Source: Candidatus Poribacteria bacterium (GTDB lineage: Bacteria > Poribacteria > WGA-4E > UBA9662). From it: a stretch of DNA of 16,264 nucleotides. The notes beneath the pieces were generated by a model. The model was not told where the DNA came from, ran no database searches, and was given only the letters and a program-made list of their open reading frames with translations. The stretch is from NCBI GenBank assembly GCA_036339735.1, contig JAYZAL010000065.1:1-16264 (forward strand). Direction: 5' to 3'. This document shows, piece after piece, positions 15,998-16,264 of this stretch. The first letter of the stretch is position 1. Every line of letters starts with the position of its first letter. The position numbers and the translations under genes are program-made.

Positions 15998-16264
15998 TTA
16001 GCGTTGATTACCAGAAAGTTCTGTCATCGAACGTAAATTAAGTAAAGGTGTCCGAATTCCGCCCGAACAGGGAATAAGTACTCCCGTATCATACAATGTC
16101 AAAGCTGCAATAGTGGCTTGAGCTACATCTTCGGGTTGCCCAGGGCGGTACATAAAAATGTAACCTTTATCTGCAGCCTCAACGTAATCGGGAACTCTCA
16201 CCCTAGCCAAATCTGTGTCAGTAACACCAGCATCAACACCATTGACTTTGATACCTTCTTCGGC
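15998..16264 (-). CDS. SDR-family oxidoreductase, C-terminal part (5' truncated by window edge)
   Basis: Frame is open to the window edge: AEEGIKVNGVDAGVTDTDLARVR...RPGQPEDVAQA...YDTGVLIPCSGG matches the SDR C-terminal pattern GIxVN...G.T.T...GxPEDVA...TG....GG. The track's TTG start at 16210 is internal. Confidence 0.8.
   Translation of the reverse strand, partial: AEEGIKVNGVDAGVTDTDLARVRVPDYVEAADKGYIFMYRPGQPEDVAQATIAALTLYDTGVLIPCSGGIRTPLLNLRSMTELSGNQR

Noticed and set aside
1..16264. CRISPR array, IS/transposase, integrase, prophage or defence genes; frequent CTAG tetramers
   Set aside because: No regularly spaced repeats, terminal inverted repeats or relevant protein motifs were seen. 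CTAG frequency looks roughly as expected from base composition on a rough count, so it is not treated as a signal.

Overview
Bacterial chromosomal window of roughly 40% GC (by eye), dense with catabolic enzymes. It holds a partial aldo/keto reductase, a J-domain/TPR protein, an FGly-type sulfatase, three divergent PhyH-like Fe(II)/2-oxoglutarate dioxygenases and an MDR dehydrogenase fused to an unassigned ~80-aa C-terminal domain. It also holds a CtpA (S41) protease, an LpxL/HtrB-type acyltransferase, a pterin-4a-carbinolamine dehydratase, a beta-hydroxyacid dehydrogenase, a large polytopic membrane protein (DUF6785/DUF6784-like), two SDRs (one partial) and a Gfo/Idh/MocA oxidoreductase. This gene mix suggests Candidatus Poribacteria or a similar heterotroph (inference). 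Manual translation outside the ORF track found a secreted-sulfatase pseudogene that has lost its catalytic core (4292-4730) and a probable HEAT-repeat remnant (1325-1552). The best candidate for an undescribed system is the coupled cassette of the MDR fusion and a PhyH dioxygenase. No rRNA, tRNA, CRISPR array or mobile element was seen.
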